DNA from: Mobula hypostoma
Lineage: Eukaryota
Assembly (NCBI RefSeq): GCF_963921235.1
Contig: NC_086118.1
Coordinates: forward strand, 14,014,001-14,078,000
Direction of reading: 5' to 3'
Length of the DNA stretch: 64,000 bases
This document shows, piece by piece, positions 48,735 through 62,069 of this stretch. Both the position numbers and the translations under genes were made by a program. Below the pieces are notes generated by a model, which was given only the letters and a program-made list of their open reading frames with translations, was not told the origin of the DNA and searched no databases. How positions within the stretch are numbered: the stretch's first letter is position 1; each line of letters starts with the position of its first letter.

Positions 48735-51615
48735 TACAAGACCATAAGACATAGGAGCAGAATTAGGCCATCTGGCCCATCAAGTCTGCTCCGCCATTCA
48801 ATTATGGCTGATCCTTTTTATCTATCTCCTCCTCAACCGCAGTTCCCTGTAACCTTTCATGCCATGTCCAATCAAGAACCTATCAATCTTTGCCTTAAAT
48901 ACACCCAATGACCTGGCCTCCACAGGTGCATGTGGCAACAAGTTCCACAAATTCACCACCCTTTGGCTAAATTTCTCCACATCTGTCTTGAAAGGGCACC
49001 CCTCTATCCTGAGGCTGTGCCCTCTTGTCCAAGACTCTCCCACCATGGGAAACATCCTTTCCAAATCTACTCTGTTTAAGCATTACAACATTCTAAAGGT
49101 TTCAATGAGATCCCCTTAACCTTCTGAATTCCAGTGAGTACAGACCCAGAGTCATCAAACATTCCTCAAATGATAACCCTTTCATTCCTGGAATCATCCT
49201 TGTGAACCTCCTCTGGACCCTCTCCAATGCCAGCACATCTTTTCTAAGTGAGGGGCCCAAGACTATTCACAGTACTCAAGGTGAAGCCTCACCAGTGCCT
49301 CATAAAGCCTCAGCATCACATCCTTGCTCTTATATTCTAGACCTCTTGAAATGAATGCTAACATGGCATTTGTCTTCCTCACCACTGACTCAACCTGCAA
49401 GTTAATCTTCAAGTTGTTCTGCATAAAGACACCCAAGTCCCTCTGCATCTCAGATTCACGAATTTTCTCCCTGTTAAGAAAACAGTCCGCACATTTACTT
49501 CTACTACCAAAGTGCATGACCATGCATTTTCCAACATTGTATTTCTTGCCCACTCTCCTAATCTGTCCAAGTCCTTCTGCATCCTGCCTATTTTCTCAAC
49601 ACTACCTGCCTCTCCACCAATTTTCGTATCATCTGCAAACTTGGCAACAAAGCCATCTATTCAATCATCTAAATCATTTACATACAGCATAGAAAGAAGT
49701 GGTCCCAACACCGACCCCTACGGAGCACGACTACTCACTGGCGGCCAACCAGAAAAGGATCCTTTTATTCCCACACACTGCCTCCTACCAATCAGCCAAT
49801 GCTCTAACCATGTTAGTGATTTTCCTGTAATACCATGGGCTCTTAACTTGGTAAGCAGCCTCATGTGTGGCACCTTGTCAAAGGCCTTCTGAAAGTCCAA
49901 ATATACAACATCCACTGCATCCCCTTTATCTATGCTACTTGTAATCTCCTCAAAGAATTCCAACAGGATTGTGAGGCAGGATTTTCCCCAAAGGAAACCA
50001 TGCTGACTTTGTACTACCTTGTCCTGTATCACCAAGTACTCCATCACCTCATCCTTAACAACTTACTCTAACACCTTACCAACCACCGCGGTCAGGCTAA
50101 CTGGTCTATAATTTCCTTTCTGCTGCCTTCCTCCTTTCTTAATGCGTGGAGTAACATTTGCAATTTTCCAGTCCTCTGCCATGATGCCAGAGTCCAACGA
50201 TTTTTGAAAGATCATTTCTAATGCCACCACAATCTCTAATGCTACCTCTTTCAGAACCCTAGGATGCAGTTCCTCTGGTCCGGGTGACTCATGTACCTTT
50301 AGGTCTTTCAGCTTTTTGAGCACCTTCTCTCTTGTCATAGTAACTGCACCCACTTCTCTTCCTTCACACACTACAACATCATGCATACTGCTAGTGTCCT
50401 CCACAGTGAAGACTGATGCAAAATACTCATTTAGTTCATCAGCCATCTCCTTATTCCCCATTATTATTTCTCCTGCCTCATTTTCTAGACATCCTATATC
50501 CACTCTCATTTCTCTTTTATTTTTAACATACTAAAAAAAAAATTTACTATTGTGACAAGAATACACATAAAATTAAGATGTTTGCTGGCCTGGGTTAGCA
50601 TCAGTGACATCAGCAAGTGGTCTGCCACCTGTCCTCAGGGGAAGGAGAGATAAGGAACAATGGAGCAGCGTCTGGAGATGTGTAATGAAGGGACAGGAGA
50701 GAGAGCTGTCTGGAGCGGCTCCCCCTTTGAACCCTGAACTGTTTGAAGTGATGGACAGGCGATACCCCAGCAGGGGGATAGAAAGGGACAGATTTGCTAG
50801 GGCAAGACACACACGACACCCGAGGTAACGAGACCCTGGAAGCGGTGCGCCTCTCACGAGTCGCTGGGAAGTACCAGACCTTAAACGCACAGGGTGGAAA
50901 GGTACGATCAGCGGGAACCCGGTGTGTGTCCACCCTCGCTTGGGTGCCGGGTTCACTGCAGAGGATCAACCGCATCTGGAGGAGGGGTCACAGTCGGTGA
51001 CCTCAGGTGACATCACAAAGGACCCACCCAGAAAGCTGCTTGTGAGAAATATCGCCGGTCTGTGAGTGGAAGCCGTTTCTGAATGATCAGTCATTCCCGT
51101 TCTCTCTTTCTCTCTCTCCCCCCACGTTGTCCATCGCCATGGCAACGATTACTGCGAACTGAACTACTAAATTGGACTGAACTTTGTGTCACTTTGAAAT
51201 TGGTCATTTATCCCTAGACAACGATAGAGCTTGATTGATGCTGTTATCTTAATTCTGTGCACATGTGGGGTTATCATTGCTGAACTGTTGCATTTATTAT
51301 CCTTTAGATTACTGTGTTGCCTGTTTCTTTAATAAAACTTTCTTAGTTCTAGTAATCCAGACTCCAACTGAGTGATCCATTTCTGCTGGTTTGGCAACCC
51401 AGTTACGGGGTACGTAACACTATCCACTTGGAAAGTACTTGTTAGATTGCTTCTATATTTCATTTTTTCCTTCTAATGATTTTTTTTTAGTTACCCTCTG
51501 TAGGTTTTTAAAAACTTCCCAATCCTCCATCTTCCCACTAATTTTTGCTTTGTTGTATGCCCTTTCTTTTGCATTTACAATGGCTTGATTTCCCTTGTCA
51601 GCCATGGTTGTACTG
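48735..51615 (-). mobile_element. CR1 LINE ORF2 fragment interrupted by a solo LTR
   Basis: RT motif ORFs at 49263-50509. The linker region resumes after 51423. Confidence 0.93.
50551..51419 (+). mobile_element. Solo LTR (869 bp)
   Basis: TGTGAC...GTAACA termini, 4-bp TSD ctat (50547-50550, 51420-51423), AATAAA at 51331, CpG-rich interior. Confidence 0.9.
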
Positions 51616-52034
51616 AATATAACAAATATTCACGGTGGGTCATTACTTCACAGCAAGCCAGAAAAATTTGAAGGGCTATTCAGATAGTACAAGGGGTGAA
51701 GTTAGCAGATTTGGAATCCAGAGGCCTGGACTAAAAGCTAAGTGATCCAATTTCAAACCACAAGACTGCTAGGAAGTCTGAACATTGTTAATAATTTGGA
51801 AGTGCCTCTAGCTTTATTAAAATGGTAAAAACTACAGGATGAACAAGGTGGGCTGAAGGATCTTGGTCCCTCACCATAGGACACTACATAAAAATCTTAC
51901 CTGGCTTAATGAAGGGAGAATCTGACGTCCTTGCCTTCTCTGGCTGATATGAAACTCTTGACCTATTCATTGGCTAAAACAGCCTTCAAAGATATTTGGT
52001 GATGAATAAGTGCCCAAATCATAGATTAGAACTT

Positions 52035-52320
52035 TGTGGATATAGCCTTAAGATTTGGGATGGAGAAGAGGAGGAACTGCTTTTCCCAGAGGGTAGTGAA
52101 GCTGTAAAATTCTCTGCCCAAGGAAGCAGAAGAGGATACCTCATTAAATATATTTAAAACACAGATAGAATTTGCACAGCAGAGGAATTTAGGGTTATGG
52201 GAAAAAGGCAGGTGGTGGAGCTGAGTTTACGGCCAGATCAACCAGGATCTTCTTGAGTTTCAGTGCAGGATCAACAAACCAGATAACCTACTGCTGCTCC
52301 TAGTTCTTATGTTCTTAGAT
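52035..52320 (+). mobile_element. CR1 LINE 3' fragment
   Basis: ttttcccagagggtagtgaa...ctgctcctagttcttatgttctt tail. Confidence 0.8.
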
Positions 52321-52961
52321 CCTGTAAAGAGAATTACAAACAATGAAAGGCAGGTCTGGAAATCAGTGAGAAGGGTAGGTGGAAATTATTTACTTACAAT
52401 TATATGTAGCCCATTTAATCTGCCAGCAGCGCATTAGAGGCAGTTACATTAGAGTTGTATATTTTGTACTCTTGGATGGCAGTTTTGGAAATCAGCTAGC
52501 TGATTAGGATTGCATGACTGACTTCAGACTTTGTGACAGCAGCAATTCAGCTTGTGTGCAAATGGAGAAAGTTGACCTCCTTCTAAGGCTTGCTCTTTTG
52601 GTCGAGACCCATGTGGTTTCTTCAGAATGGATGCACCAACCCAACAGCCAACATGGACTGGTGTTTAAACCACAGAAAAACCACACATGCAAATAGCAAT
52701 CAGATTTACTATTAATGTTGTCCTTTAATTGTGCAGCTAAAAGTAATTGAATTGCTTGTAAAGGAAGCCACCTTATTCCTGATAAACTGGACTATGGCCA
52801 AGGGTGAACATTATCATGTTCTTCCACAAGCATGCACAAATTGATCTCCTCCCAGTGTCACAAAGCTCCAGTCATGCCAAAATCATTACTTTAATACGTA
52901 TTAGCAACACCAAAGTCTCACAGTTTCAGAAACCAAGGCTCAGTCCTTCCCTTGAGTACTG

Positions 52962-53195
52962 CCTGTGTTGAGTTGGTACATTCTGTGGGTTTCCTCAGGG
53001 TGCTATAATTTCCTCCGATATTAATTGGCCAACGTTAATTCTCCCTAGTGTGCGGATGAGTGGTAAAACTTGATGAAAATGTGGTCAGATTTTTTTTTAA
53101 ATATGGGTTTATTATAAGATTATTTTAATGGGTGATTGATGGCCAGCATAGACTTGATGGACCAAAGGGCCTGTTACATGCTATATCTTTCTATA
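52962..53195 (+). mobile_element. Degenerate HE1/V-type SINE
   Basis: tgggtttcctcagggtgct...tttcctcc core and aagggcctgtt tail. Confidence 0.6.
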
Positions 53196-53635
53196 TAGTT
53201 AAATAGATTTGCCTCTACTTGATCCTCCATCCATGATGTTCTAGGTCTGGCAATCCATCTGGTGGGGCAGAATTTCTGCCCTCCAGTTGACCTTGATGTT
53301 GACCCTGTCAGCCGATTCAAATGTTTCTATCCAGGACAAAGCTGCAGATGTTTATGCTGGGAGGTGGAGGTGAGTATCCTGGTGGAACACCTCAAAGGTG
53401 TTGATTATAAAGTAAGACTATTCTCAAACAATTTGAAGCCAGTGAGGGGGAAACCTTAGCTTCACAGGAGCTGCTAGGAAAGTGAAATGAAAAACATCAT
53501 GGATAGAATACTAGAGGTCTATTAGTTAGGGCTACTTGGAGTGAGTTAGTCAGGGTCGTGAATGGCAACTCTTTAAGACAAGAGTTTACTCTCATGCAGA
53601 AAGAAATCTAATAACCAGCTAACTATGAGGGCAAT

Positions 53636-53827
53636 CACAAACAAGAGAAGATCTGCAGATGCTAGAAATCCAAGCAACACATACAAAATGCTGGAGAAAC
53701 TCAGCAGGCCAGGCAGCTTGTATAGAAAAGAGTACAGTCGATGAAGTGTCTCAGCCCGAAACATCAACTGTACTCTTTACCATAGATGCTGCCTAGCCTG
53801 CTGAGTTCCTCCAGCATTTTGTGTGTG
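53636..53827. repeat. Fold-back element made of two inverted Penelope termini joined within the hammerhead
   Basis: Arm 53677-53743 is the reverse complement of 53762-53827. The centre retains atga-agtgtctcagccc-GAAACATC. Confidence 0.85.
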
Positions 53828-55534
53828 CAAGTATGAGGGCAGCCAGCTGCCATTGATCTATATCTACAACCTGAGCTACCTCCCTTCCAATGCCATGAGT
53901 GAATCTTCGAGCAGAATTTAGGCCGTAAGATAAATTGGGTACCTACATAATGTCACCTTAGACAGACTAACAAAACATTACACATTCCCGCTTAAAAAAT
54001 TTGAGGTGACTCTCAAATGAAACTTAAATTGAGAAACTTATCAACATCTCTAGTTCTGCACCCGGTGAGTCTTATGATTTTATTTCTATTTTAACTTCTC
54101 CCTCTGAGGTACACTGGGAAATGATAAATCAAACCAGCAAGGGTATTATATCAGATAAAGGAAAATATGTGTCAGGAAGCATTTTGCCAGGGTTTTCTTG
54201 AATATCCCATCGTGTTACAATACAGAAAGCTGTTGGTTACTTGATTTGAAAGTGGGACCAACCAATATTATATATGCATCAAATGTTACTCTCTCTTTTT
54301 ATAATGAAGAACAAAAAGAGGAGAAGCAAACATCCAAGGTGTCTAGCCTTATGTACTTTATCTTTTTGTAAAACATCTTTAAGATACTTTAGCCCACAAG
54401 CTGTCCTTCCAAATCTGGTTATGCTTTTCTCAGGCCTTGTATAATCTGGATCTTGAATCATCACGGCTTTCTGTCATGCCTATCTTCCATGCATGCTGTG
54501 TAAACAACTTTAAATGGTGACTGGCCTTTGGTAGCTCAGTTGTAAACATGTTAATTTGGCTTCCTCTAGTTCTCTGGCAGGCTTTTTTTTTGCGCGCTTC
54601 AGGTTCTTGCCATCTATCTGTAGCTGGGAATAGAGTTCTAGGTCCTTGGTTTAGTGGTTTCTGCATTGGAAAGCTCATCATCCCTAGGATCAAGCCATTG
54701 CAGAATCTAGGACCTCAAACAGAGTCTGATCACAATGACTTAGCTTCCTTAAGCAGTTCATTGAGTCCCTTGGTAATGATGCCTACCTATCCAGCATTCG
54801 GAGAAAAATAAGGCGATGTAATCTGGTAATCTGACTGCAGGATCAGTGAGGACACCACACAGTTGCTTTTCATGAGCATGAGCATGCTGTTTCCTCCCTT
54901 GTGTCAATCCCCATTATAGCACAGCTGGGTGCCTCTTGGCACGTGGCCACTAGTAGAGGGCTCACAAGTGGTGCACAGCTCTCTGATCCCTCTCCCTCCC
55001 TCACTGTGATACTGGGACATGGTCGACAATTCAAACAACAAAGATAAAACAAAAGTTCGCAGTAGCATGAAGCATTTGTATCAAATGCTTGCCCCCAAAG
55101 GCAGAGAGACTCTGGACAATAATGCAATGTAGTGAGCAGGTGGTCACATGAAACAATTTTAAAAGTGGTATGGAAAATCTTATCTGAGCCTTTAATGCTA
55201 CATTATTTTGTTTCAACTGTTGTGTGATTACCAAGCAGTCTGCTGAGTGGAATAAAATACTCAAGCTGTTAAATTGGCTATAGTTTATTTTCAGGGAAAA
55301 CAAAAACATAAAAGAGAAATGATGGATCTTTTCCCGTGGCATTCTAAGTTCTAAAAATTGTAGCCAACTGAATGCATTCAATAATTACTAATTCTCAGGC
55401 TACATTTGTTAATTGAGCAAGATGTAAGATAATCGAGCTGCTTACAAGCCATATCAACATTCCGCCCTTCTATTTCCAAAGTAATCAAGTGTGGCACAGT
55501 TTTTTTGTTGTTTTGTTTTTATTTTTTTTTGTTG

Positions 55535-55752
55535 AGATACAGCATGGAATAAGCCCTTCCAAACCTTCAGGTCGCATCACCCAGCAACCCTGGATTTAAC
55601 ACTAAGCTAATCATGGTACGTCTTTGTCCGGGAGAAAGCCCACACAGTCACAGAGCGAATGTACAACTCCTTTACAGGCAGTGGTAGAAATTGAACCCGG
55701 GTTGCCTGTACTGTAAAGCATTGTGCTAACTACCAAGTTACCATGCTGCCCA
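55535..55752 (-). mobile_element. HE1/V-type SINE, degenerate
   Basis: tRNA-like B-box (ccgggttcaat) and head on the minus strand; aagggcttattccatgctgtatctc tail. Confidence 0.65.
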
Positions 55753-56129
55753 AATTATCAATCTGTAATATAGAACCTGACCTATTGCTTCTCTTATGTC
55801 ATGTTGCTAATCTCTTTAGTACTAGTTTAGCAGCTTTTTCATACTATAAGTCGAAATGTTTCAAAGTGCCAATGGAATGTTGGCTGTTCTCTGGAATTCA
55901 GAGTTCATTCCAAATTGAATCTCTTTGTCATCAATTATATCTAGATCACTCTATCGTAGCTAATGGCTACCTGAGAAATGTGATTAATCGGGTGTTTAGC
56001 TGTGCAGTTGTGTGCGAGCAGTGTACAGCAGTAGGCTCAGCGCCCAGCCCTGGGAGACACCTCTAACCTTGAATCTCTGTATCTGAAAACTCTCCCTGTA
56101 TCTAACCATTAAAGTTTTGGCTTGCCTTC

Positions 56130-56855
56130 TAGTCAAGTCAAGTGGCTTTTTATTGTCATTTTGACCATAAACTGCTGGTACAGTAGACAGTAAAAATTAA
56201 ACAACGTTCCTCCAGGACCATGGTGCTACACAAAACAACACAAAACTACACTAGACTAAGTGAGACAACACAAGGCTACACAAGACTACGTAAAACAAAA
56301 CAAAAATAACGCTAGACTACAGACCTACTCAGGACTACATAAAGTGCACAGAATAGTGCAGGGGAGTACAATAAATAATAAACAAGACAATAGGCACAGT
56401 AGAGGACAAATTACAATATAATGATAAACGATGTAGATGTCAGTCCAGGCTCTGGGTATTAAGGAGTCTGATGGCTTGGGGGAAGAAACTGTTGTACAGT
56501 CTGGTCGTGAGAGCCCGAATGCTTCGGTACCTTTTGCCAGCTGGCAGGAGGGAGAAGAGTTTGTCTGAGGGTATGAGGGGTGCGTGGGGTCCTTTACAAT
56601 GCTGTTGGCTTTACGGGTGCAGCGTGTGGTGTAGACGTCTGTAATGGCGGGAAGAGAGACCCCAATGATCTTCTCAGCTGACCTCACTATCCGCTGTAGG
56701 GTCTTGTGATCTGAGATGGTGCAATTTCCAAACCAGACAGTGATGCAGCTGCTCAGGATGCTCTCAATACAACCTCTGTAGAATGTGGTGAGGATGGGGG
56801 GTGGGAGATGGACTTTTCTCAGCCATCGCAGAAAGTAGAGACACTGCTGGGCTAA
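56130..56855 (-). mobile_element. Rex1/Babar-type LINE 3' part
   Basis: AQQCLYFLRWLRKVHLPPPILTTFYRGCIESILSSCITVWFG and an (agtca)n tail. Confidence 0.92.
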
Positions 56856-56892
56856 ATGCTCTGACAACCAAAAAAAGGATCCTTCAGCTTCG

Positions 56893-57025
56893 CCGACCAG
56901 ATGAAGATCTTAACTGAAAACGCCAACAGTCCCACTTTCTTCCTCAGGTGTTGGCTGACTCTCAGAGTTCCTCCAGCAGTTTGCTCTATTGACTCTATGT
57001 TCCAGCATCTGCAATCTCTTGTGCC
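56893..57025 (+). mobile_element. Highly degenerate Penelope-terminus piece
   Basis: gacCAGATGAagatcttaactGAAAacgcc...gagttcctccagca...ttccagcatctgca. Confidence 0.5.
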
Positions 57026-57704
57026 CCTTCATTTCTTTGCTGATTTCATTGTTTTGATTTTGTATTTAACTATGTGAGCTAATGGTTAATTTCAAATAAA
57101 GGCTGAGATTCTCAGAGAAAATTTAATGTAAACTTCGTGTTGATCGTGTTAGTACTGTTAAGTATGGGAGACAAAACATTATGGTGTATTGTGCTTTGAC
57201 TCTGGAATGCCCCTCAGGAAAGTAAAAGCATTCCCAACCCTGAGTCGAATGGGAGTCAGTACCAGTTGGATAGGCTCAGTGAGAACCTAAATCTCAGATG
57301 GAATTTTATTTATTCAGAATGTTTCTGTCCATTGCGCATGCTGTAGGAGCCTGTAAGACATTCCCACGATTCACTATTGACAAACAAAACAGTGTTTGCA
57401 GTCCATTGCAATGTGAATCGGCCTGTAAATCTATCCAGTAGTTAGCACAGCTCTCCAAAGAAAGATGCAAAGAAACAACCATTGTTTTCAAGGCCAATAT
57501 GATGCCACCCACCAACAATGCTTTCAACTTTAGGATGCATCTCAGAATCATTTCTCCCAAACAAGACATTTTTTGTAATTGAAAATTAAGATAATGCTGG
57601 CCTTGAAAACACGTGAGAATTCAATGTCCACTTCACAGCTGAGCACTTCTAATCTGTACTAAAGCTAAGTATCATATTAAGGGTGTACAATCAACTGATT
57701 GCAT

Positions 57705-58470
57705 TCAAAGTTCATGAGTTCAAAGTACATTTATTATCAAAGTAAGTATACTCTACACAGCCCTGAGATTCATCTTCTTGCAGGCAACCACAAAACAAAC
57801 ACAATAGAACTCCTTTAAGAAACATACGATACTGTCATGCACCCAATGTGTGGAAACAAAAAGAACGGATCTTGCAAACAATAAAAAAAGTAAACAAATA
57901 ACACAGAGAACATTAAACGCAGAGTCCCTGAAAGTGAGGCGAGTGAAGCTGGTCCAGGAGTGCGATGACTGCGGGCCATGGCCACGAAGCCAGTTCAGTG
58001 CTATGGTTGCAGTCCACAGCTGCAGGGTCAGTTCAGCACTGAAGCATCCTGATCAAATTGTGCAAATTTGGAGTGCAGAGTTCCCGAAAGTGAATCCACA
58101 GCTGCAGAGCAAGTGAAACCCGTTCAGGAGCCCAATGGCTGAAGGGCAACAACTGCCCCCGATCCTGGTGGCATGTGACCCAAGACTCATGCCCCTCCTG
58201 CCCAACAGTAGCAATGAGAAGAGAGGGAGACCAGTCAAACGCAGGCAGACAGCGCTGGACACCCGTTTGTTTTTCACGCTCAGCCTTGATGATTTTAATC
58301 TTGCTCACTGCTTTGATCTGCGCGGAGTAATGCAGTCAACCACGGGTTTGTGTTCAACCATCAGGAATCGATGCAGCATCCACCCCCAGTGATGACCGCC
58401 CCAGCTGTGCCTACACTCTCGAGAGTCTAGTTCCTCAAATAACCCAGGAGATGGGAAAAGCACTATGACA
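57705..58470 (-). mobile_element. Unclassified non-autonomous retroelement with LINE-like tail
   Basis: The minus strand ends aataaatgtactttgaac. Tail resembles 25850-25990. A Rex-like C-terminal remnant lies at about 58115-58215. Confidence 0.55.
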
Positions 58471-59344
58471 TGGGAGTTTTTGTCAAAGCCAGCAGTTTTT
58501 GCTGATTCCGAGTTGCATGGTAGAAGATGGATATGAGCCACGTTCTGAAGCGGTTTGGTTTGTGTACAAGATAATAGTGACTCAGGTTACAATGTTCAGA
58601 GCAGCAAGAGGGTTCATTGAACTGAAAACTAAATTGAAGTGAGAGTGAAATTAATAAAGCATAAAGCTTCAAATTTGAAATATAATCCTTGGGATCTGTT
58701 GAGGTCATAATTCACTAAAACTATGGTTGCCATTCAATCCCTTCATAAATTACAACCATGAAGTTCACTTTCAGTTTCCTATTCTATATTTGCACCTTGG
58801 AAAAAATGCCAGCAATGTGTCCTCACTGCCTGATGAACTTGCACAGAACAATAATGAAATGGCAAATGCTGAATTTGTCCAGATCTGATGAGAGAAACAG
58901 AACTGTCATTCCAGGTCAATGACCCATTATCAGAATGTGCACCAAGTTAGACTCCGAGAGAAATTGTGTAATTCAGTAAATATTTTACCAAGATACACAG
59001 CAGCTCCGTAAATTAAGTGAATCTTGCACACTTAGATGCTCTGATTGATACAAGAGCGAACTCTTGCTGACCTACCTCAAGATGGAAAATTCCGGACTTC
59101 ACAGAGAGTACGCGAAGTCCATGAATCTCTTTCTGGCCTTTCCGTGTATCTGATGAGGAGTACAGAGTGGAACGCAGAGAAGTGCAGCAGCATCTAATGC
59201 TTTGCCAGGTATTCTGAGATGCCTCTTCTGGACTTTATACATAATTGTTCCTGGCTCAGGCTGTTCTGTTAGATGCAGAATTTGACTTCCAGCCTTCTGA
59301 TCTTGCTGTTACTTGCTGACTTCTTCCCATGGCCAGGCTAGATT

Positions 59345-59610
59345 ATGGGCAGCACAGAAGTGTAGTGGTTAACAAAACACTTTACAATAACAGTGACCGA
59401 GGTTCACTTCCCACCACTACCTGTAAGAAGTTTCCTGTGACTGTGTGGATTTCCTCCAGGTGCTCAGGTTTCCTCCCAGAGTCCAAAGATGTATTGGCTG
59501 ATAGGTTACTTGGTCATTGTAAGTTGTCCTGTGATTAGGCTAGGGTTAAATTGGGGGCAGTGCAGATCAAAGAGCCGGAAGGGCCTATAGCACACTGAGT
59601 CTCAATAACA
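59345..59610 (+). mobile_element. HE1/V-type SINE
   Basis: A/B-box-like head (gtagtggttaac...gaggttcacttcc) and core ggtttcctcccagagtccaaaga. Confidence 0.75.
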
Positions 59611-59704
59611 TTAACAAGCTTTCTCAATGGTTATTTCATTGCCACAGCATTCTTTGCGTCTCTTCGTGGATTCAAAGGCTCAATCCTGATCTTATGTTCT
59701 AATG

Positions 59705-60387
59705 AGGAGGAGGAGAAGACGTTGGCGCGACGCAGCACACGTGGCCGCTTCAGTGGTGATGTCTGTTATTTGTCAAGTAGGGGACTGTGCACAATTCTGA
59801 TTTGATGGAGACAGACATGAGAGTACGGAGGAACATCTGGAGAAACTTCTGAAATGCCCGCTTCACTGCCGCTGCTACTGTGTGGTCCGGAATCTCCGGA
59901 GGAAAAGGCCCCGAATCCTCGGCTTTGCTTGTTTCGGCAGCCGGGTGAGGTTTAAGGCGCTCGGCAGAGGATGGCGTTCGGGAGGCTGTATCAGAGCGGC
60001 TGGTCAGAGGCTCGAAGTTTTCGGACAGACAGACTCAGTGTCAGCTGTGGTCGGGTGCTTCCAATGCATCAGCAGTTGTCGGTGCCTGGAGGTTTATGGC
60101 AGGGAGTTTCTCCCCTATTGCCGCCTGCAATCGGGGACTCGAGAGTCAATCGACTCGGGACTTCGAGACTCTTTTTTACCGTGCCCATTGTCTGTTCTTT
60201 ATCAAATTGTGGTATTGTTTTGCACTGTTTTAACTATATGTTATAATTATGTGGTTTTGTCAGTGTTAGTCTTTGGTTTGTTCTGTTTTTCTGTGATATC
60301 ACTCTGGAGGAACATTGTATCATTTCTTAATGCATGTATGCATTTCTAAATGACAATAAACGAGGACTGAGTGTCTCATAATCTAAT
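59705..60387 (+). mobile_element. Unclassified CpG-rich non-autonomous element with a Rex-like 3' tail
   Basis: Starts gaggaggagaagacgttggcgcgacg and ends atgacAATAAAcgaggactgagtgtctcat(aatct)n. Confidence 0.6.
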
Positions 60388-60639
60388 GTCCAATTTATTC
60401 TGACCGCCCAAGGCTGCACTAATATAGGCATGTTTCTCTTACATTATGTTATATGCCTACATCCCTCTATGTCTGTGTGATTACTTATGTATCCACTTTC
60501 CAGCTAAAACTAGCACTCAACTTCATTTTAATGTAAGCTCTCCTTCATGGCGACTATAAACAATGACTACTAACAATGAAGACACAAATTCGGGCTGCCA
60601 GCATCCAGTTTAGTCATATTACAGGTGGAAAAATGACTT

Positions 60640-61443
60640 CATCTGAGGCTGATGGTGCCAATGAACCACAGCAATGTTTGGAGGGTTGCGGATAATACAT
60701 CTAGATATACTTCTTTCAAATTACTCTCACTGCAATCTGCGGCACTTAATTTCCCTTTAAGCAGTGTGTTTTTAATTCAACTTATTGATCTGCAGATTTT
60801 ACGACATTCTGAAAGACAGCAGACAGAGAACGGATGGTACCTTCAAGCGCATGAAGGTTTATCACCATGGCTGGATGCGAGGCAGGAGCGGGATGGGACT
60901 CCAAGCCAGGCTAAAAAGTAGAGTGATGAGATCTCCTCTAACCAGCATCTTGTTAGCAAAATTGCAGTCACTGGAGAACAAAATTGAGAAGCTGAGGGCA
61001 GGATTGCTGCATCAGAGAGAAATGAGGGGCTGGTACGTTCTATGTCAGGTCGAGACTTGCCTGTCTCTGGGCACGACGGATGCAGTGATCAAACCAGAAG
61101 GCTTCTCAATTTATTGGATAGATTGAACTTCTGATTCAGAAAAGGGAAAAAGAGAAGCTGTGTGTTTCGTGATAAACTCTCAGTCGTGGTTTTATTGAAC
61201 TCATGTTTCCCCAGCCTTCAACACCTAATGATCAAATGCCGTCCAATCTATTTACCTAGGGAGTTCTCCTACATAATTGTGACTGCAGTTTACATACCAC
61301 CAGTGGCCAGCTATAAACAAGCACTTGAGCTACTCCATGATGCCATCTCCAATTACAAAACAGTCCATCCCACTGTATTTCAAATCATAGTTCAGGACTT
61401 CAGCCAGGCTTGGTTGAAGAAAACCTTGCCCAATAACCATTAG
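60640..61443 (+). mobile_element. Rex1/Babar-type LINE 5' region (APE endonuclease remnant)
   Basis: SPLTSILLAKLQSLENKIEKLRA...VLCQVETCL and KCRPIYLPREFSYIIVTAVYIPP. Confidence 0.85.
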
Positions 61444-61534
61444 CAAGGTGAGGAGGTCCTCAAGGGAGATTATAGACAATAGGTGCAGGAGTAGGCCATT
61501 CGGCCCTTCGAGCCAGCACCACCATTCACTGCGA

Positions 61535-62069
61535 TCATTGTAGGGAGCTAGGTAAAAAGTTGAGAAGCAGGACCTCCAGCTTAGTAATCTCTGGATTGCT
61601 GCCTCTGCCATGTGCCACTGAAGGTAAGAACGGGAAGTTTTGGCAGGTGAATGCATGGCTGGGGAACTGGTGCAGGGGGCAGGGGTTCAGATTTATGGAT
61701 CACTTGGATCTCTTCTGCGGAATGTATAACCTGTAAAAAAGGGAGCGGTTACACCTGAACCCTCGCAGGGAGGTTGGCTAGAGTTGCTTGAGTGGGCTTA
61801 GACTAACTTGGCAGGGAGACGGAAACTTGAGTGATAATGCTGAAGATGAGGCAGTTGGTTTACAAACAGAGGCAATGTGTAGTGAAACACCTAGCAAGGA
61901 GAGGCTGATGAAGGCAAAATCAACAGGATAAGTTGCAATGTCAAAGGCAGTCAAAATCAGAAAGGGTGAATACAGGACCGAAGCTGTTGTATGTGAATGC
62001 ACGCAGTATGCACAATGAGGTGAACGAACCTGTAGCACAGTTACAGTCTGGCACGTATGATGTTGTCGG
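61535..62069 (+). mobile_element. CR1 LINE ORF1 (SGNH/esterase) end and ORF2 start
   Basis: VISGLLP...QVNAWLGNWCRGQGFRFMDH...LHLN, then LYVNARSM...YDVVG. Interrupted by the Gypsy LTR. Confidence 0.8.

Noticed and set aside
55002..55040. V(D)J recombination signal heptamer (cactgtg)
   Set aside because: No nonamer at 12 or 23 spacing and no V or J segment nearby. The same holds for cacagtg at about 20714.
59150..59200. CTGATGAG as another hammerhead
   Set aside because: No correctly placed stem II plus GAAA and no closing stems. It is better explained as a minus-strand splice acceptor.
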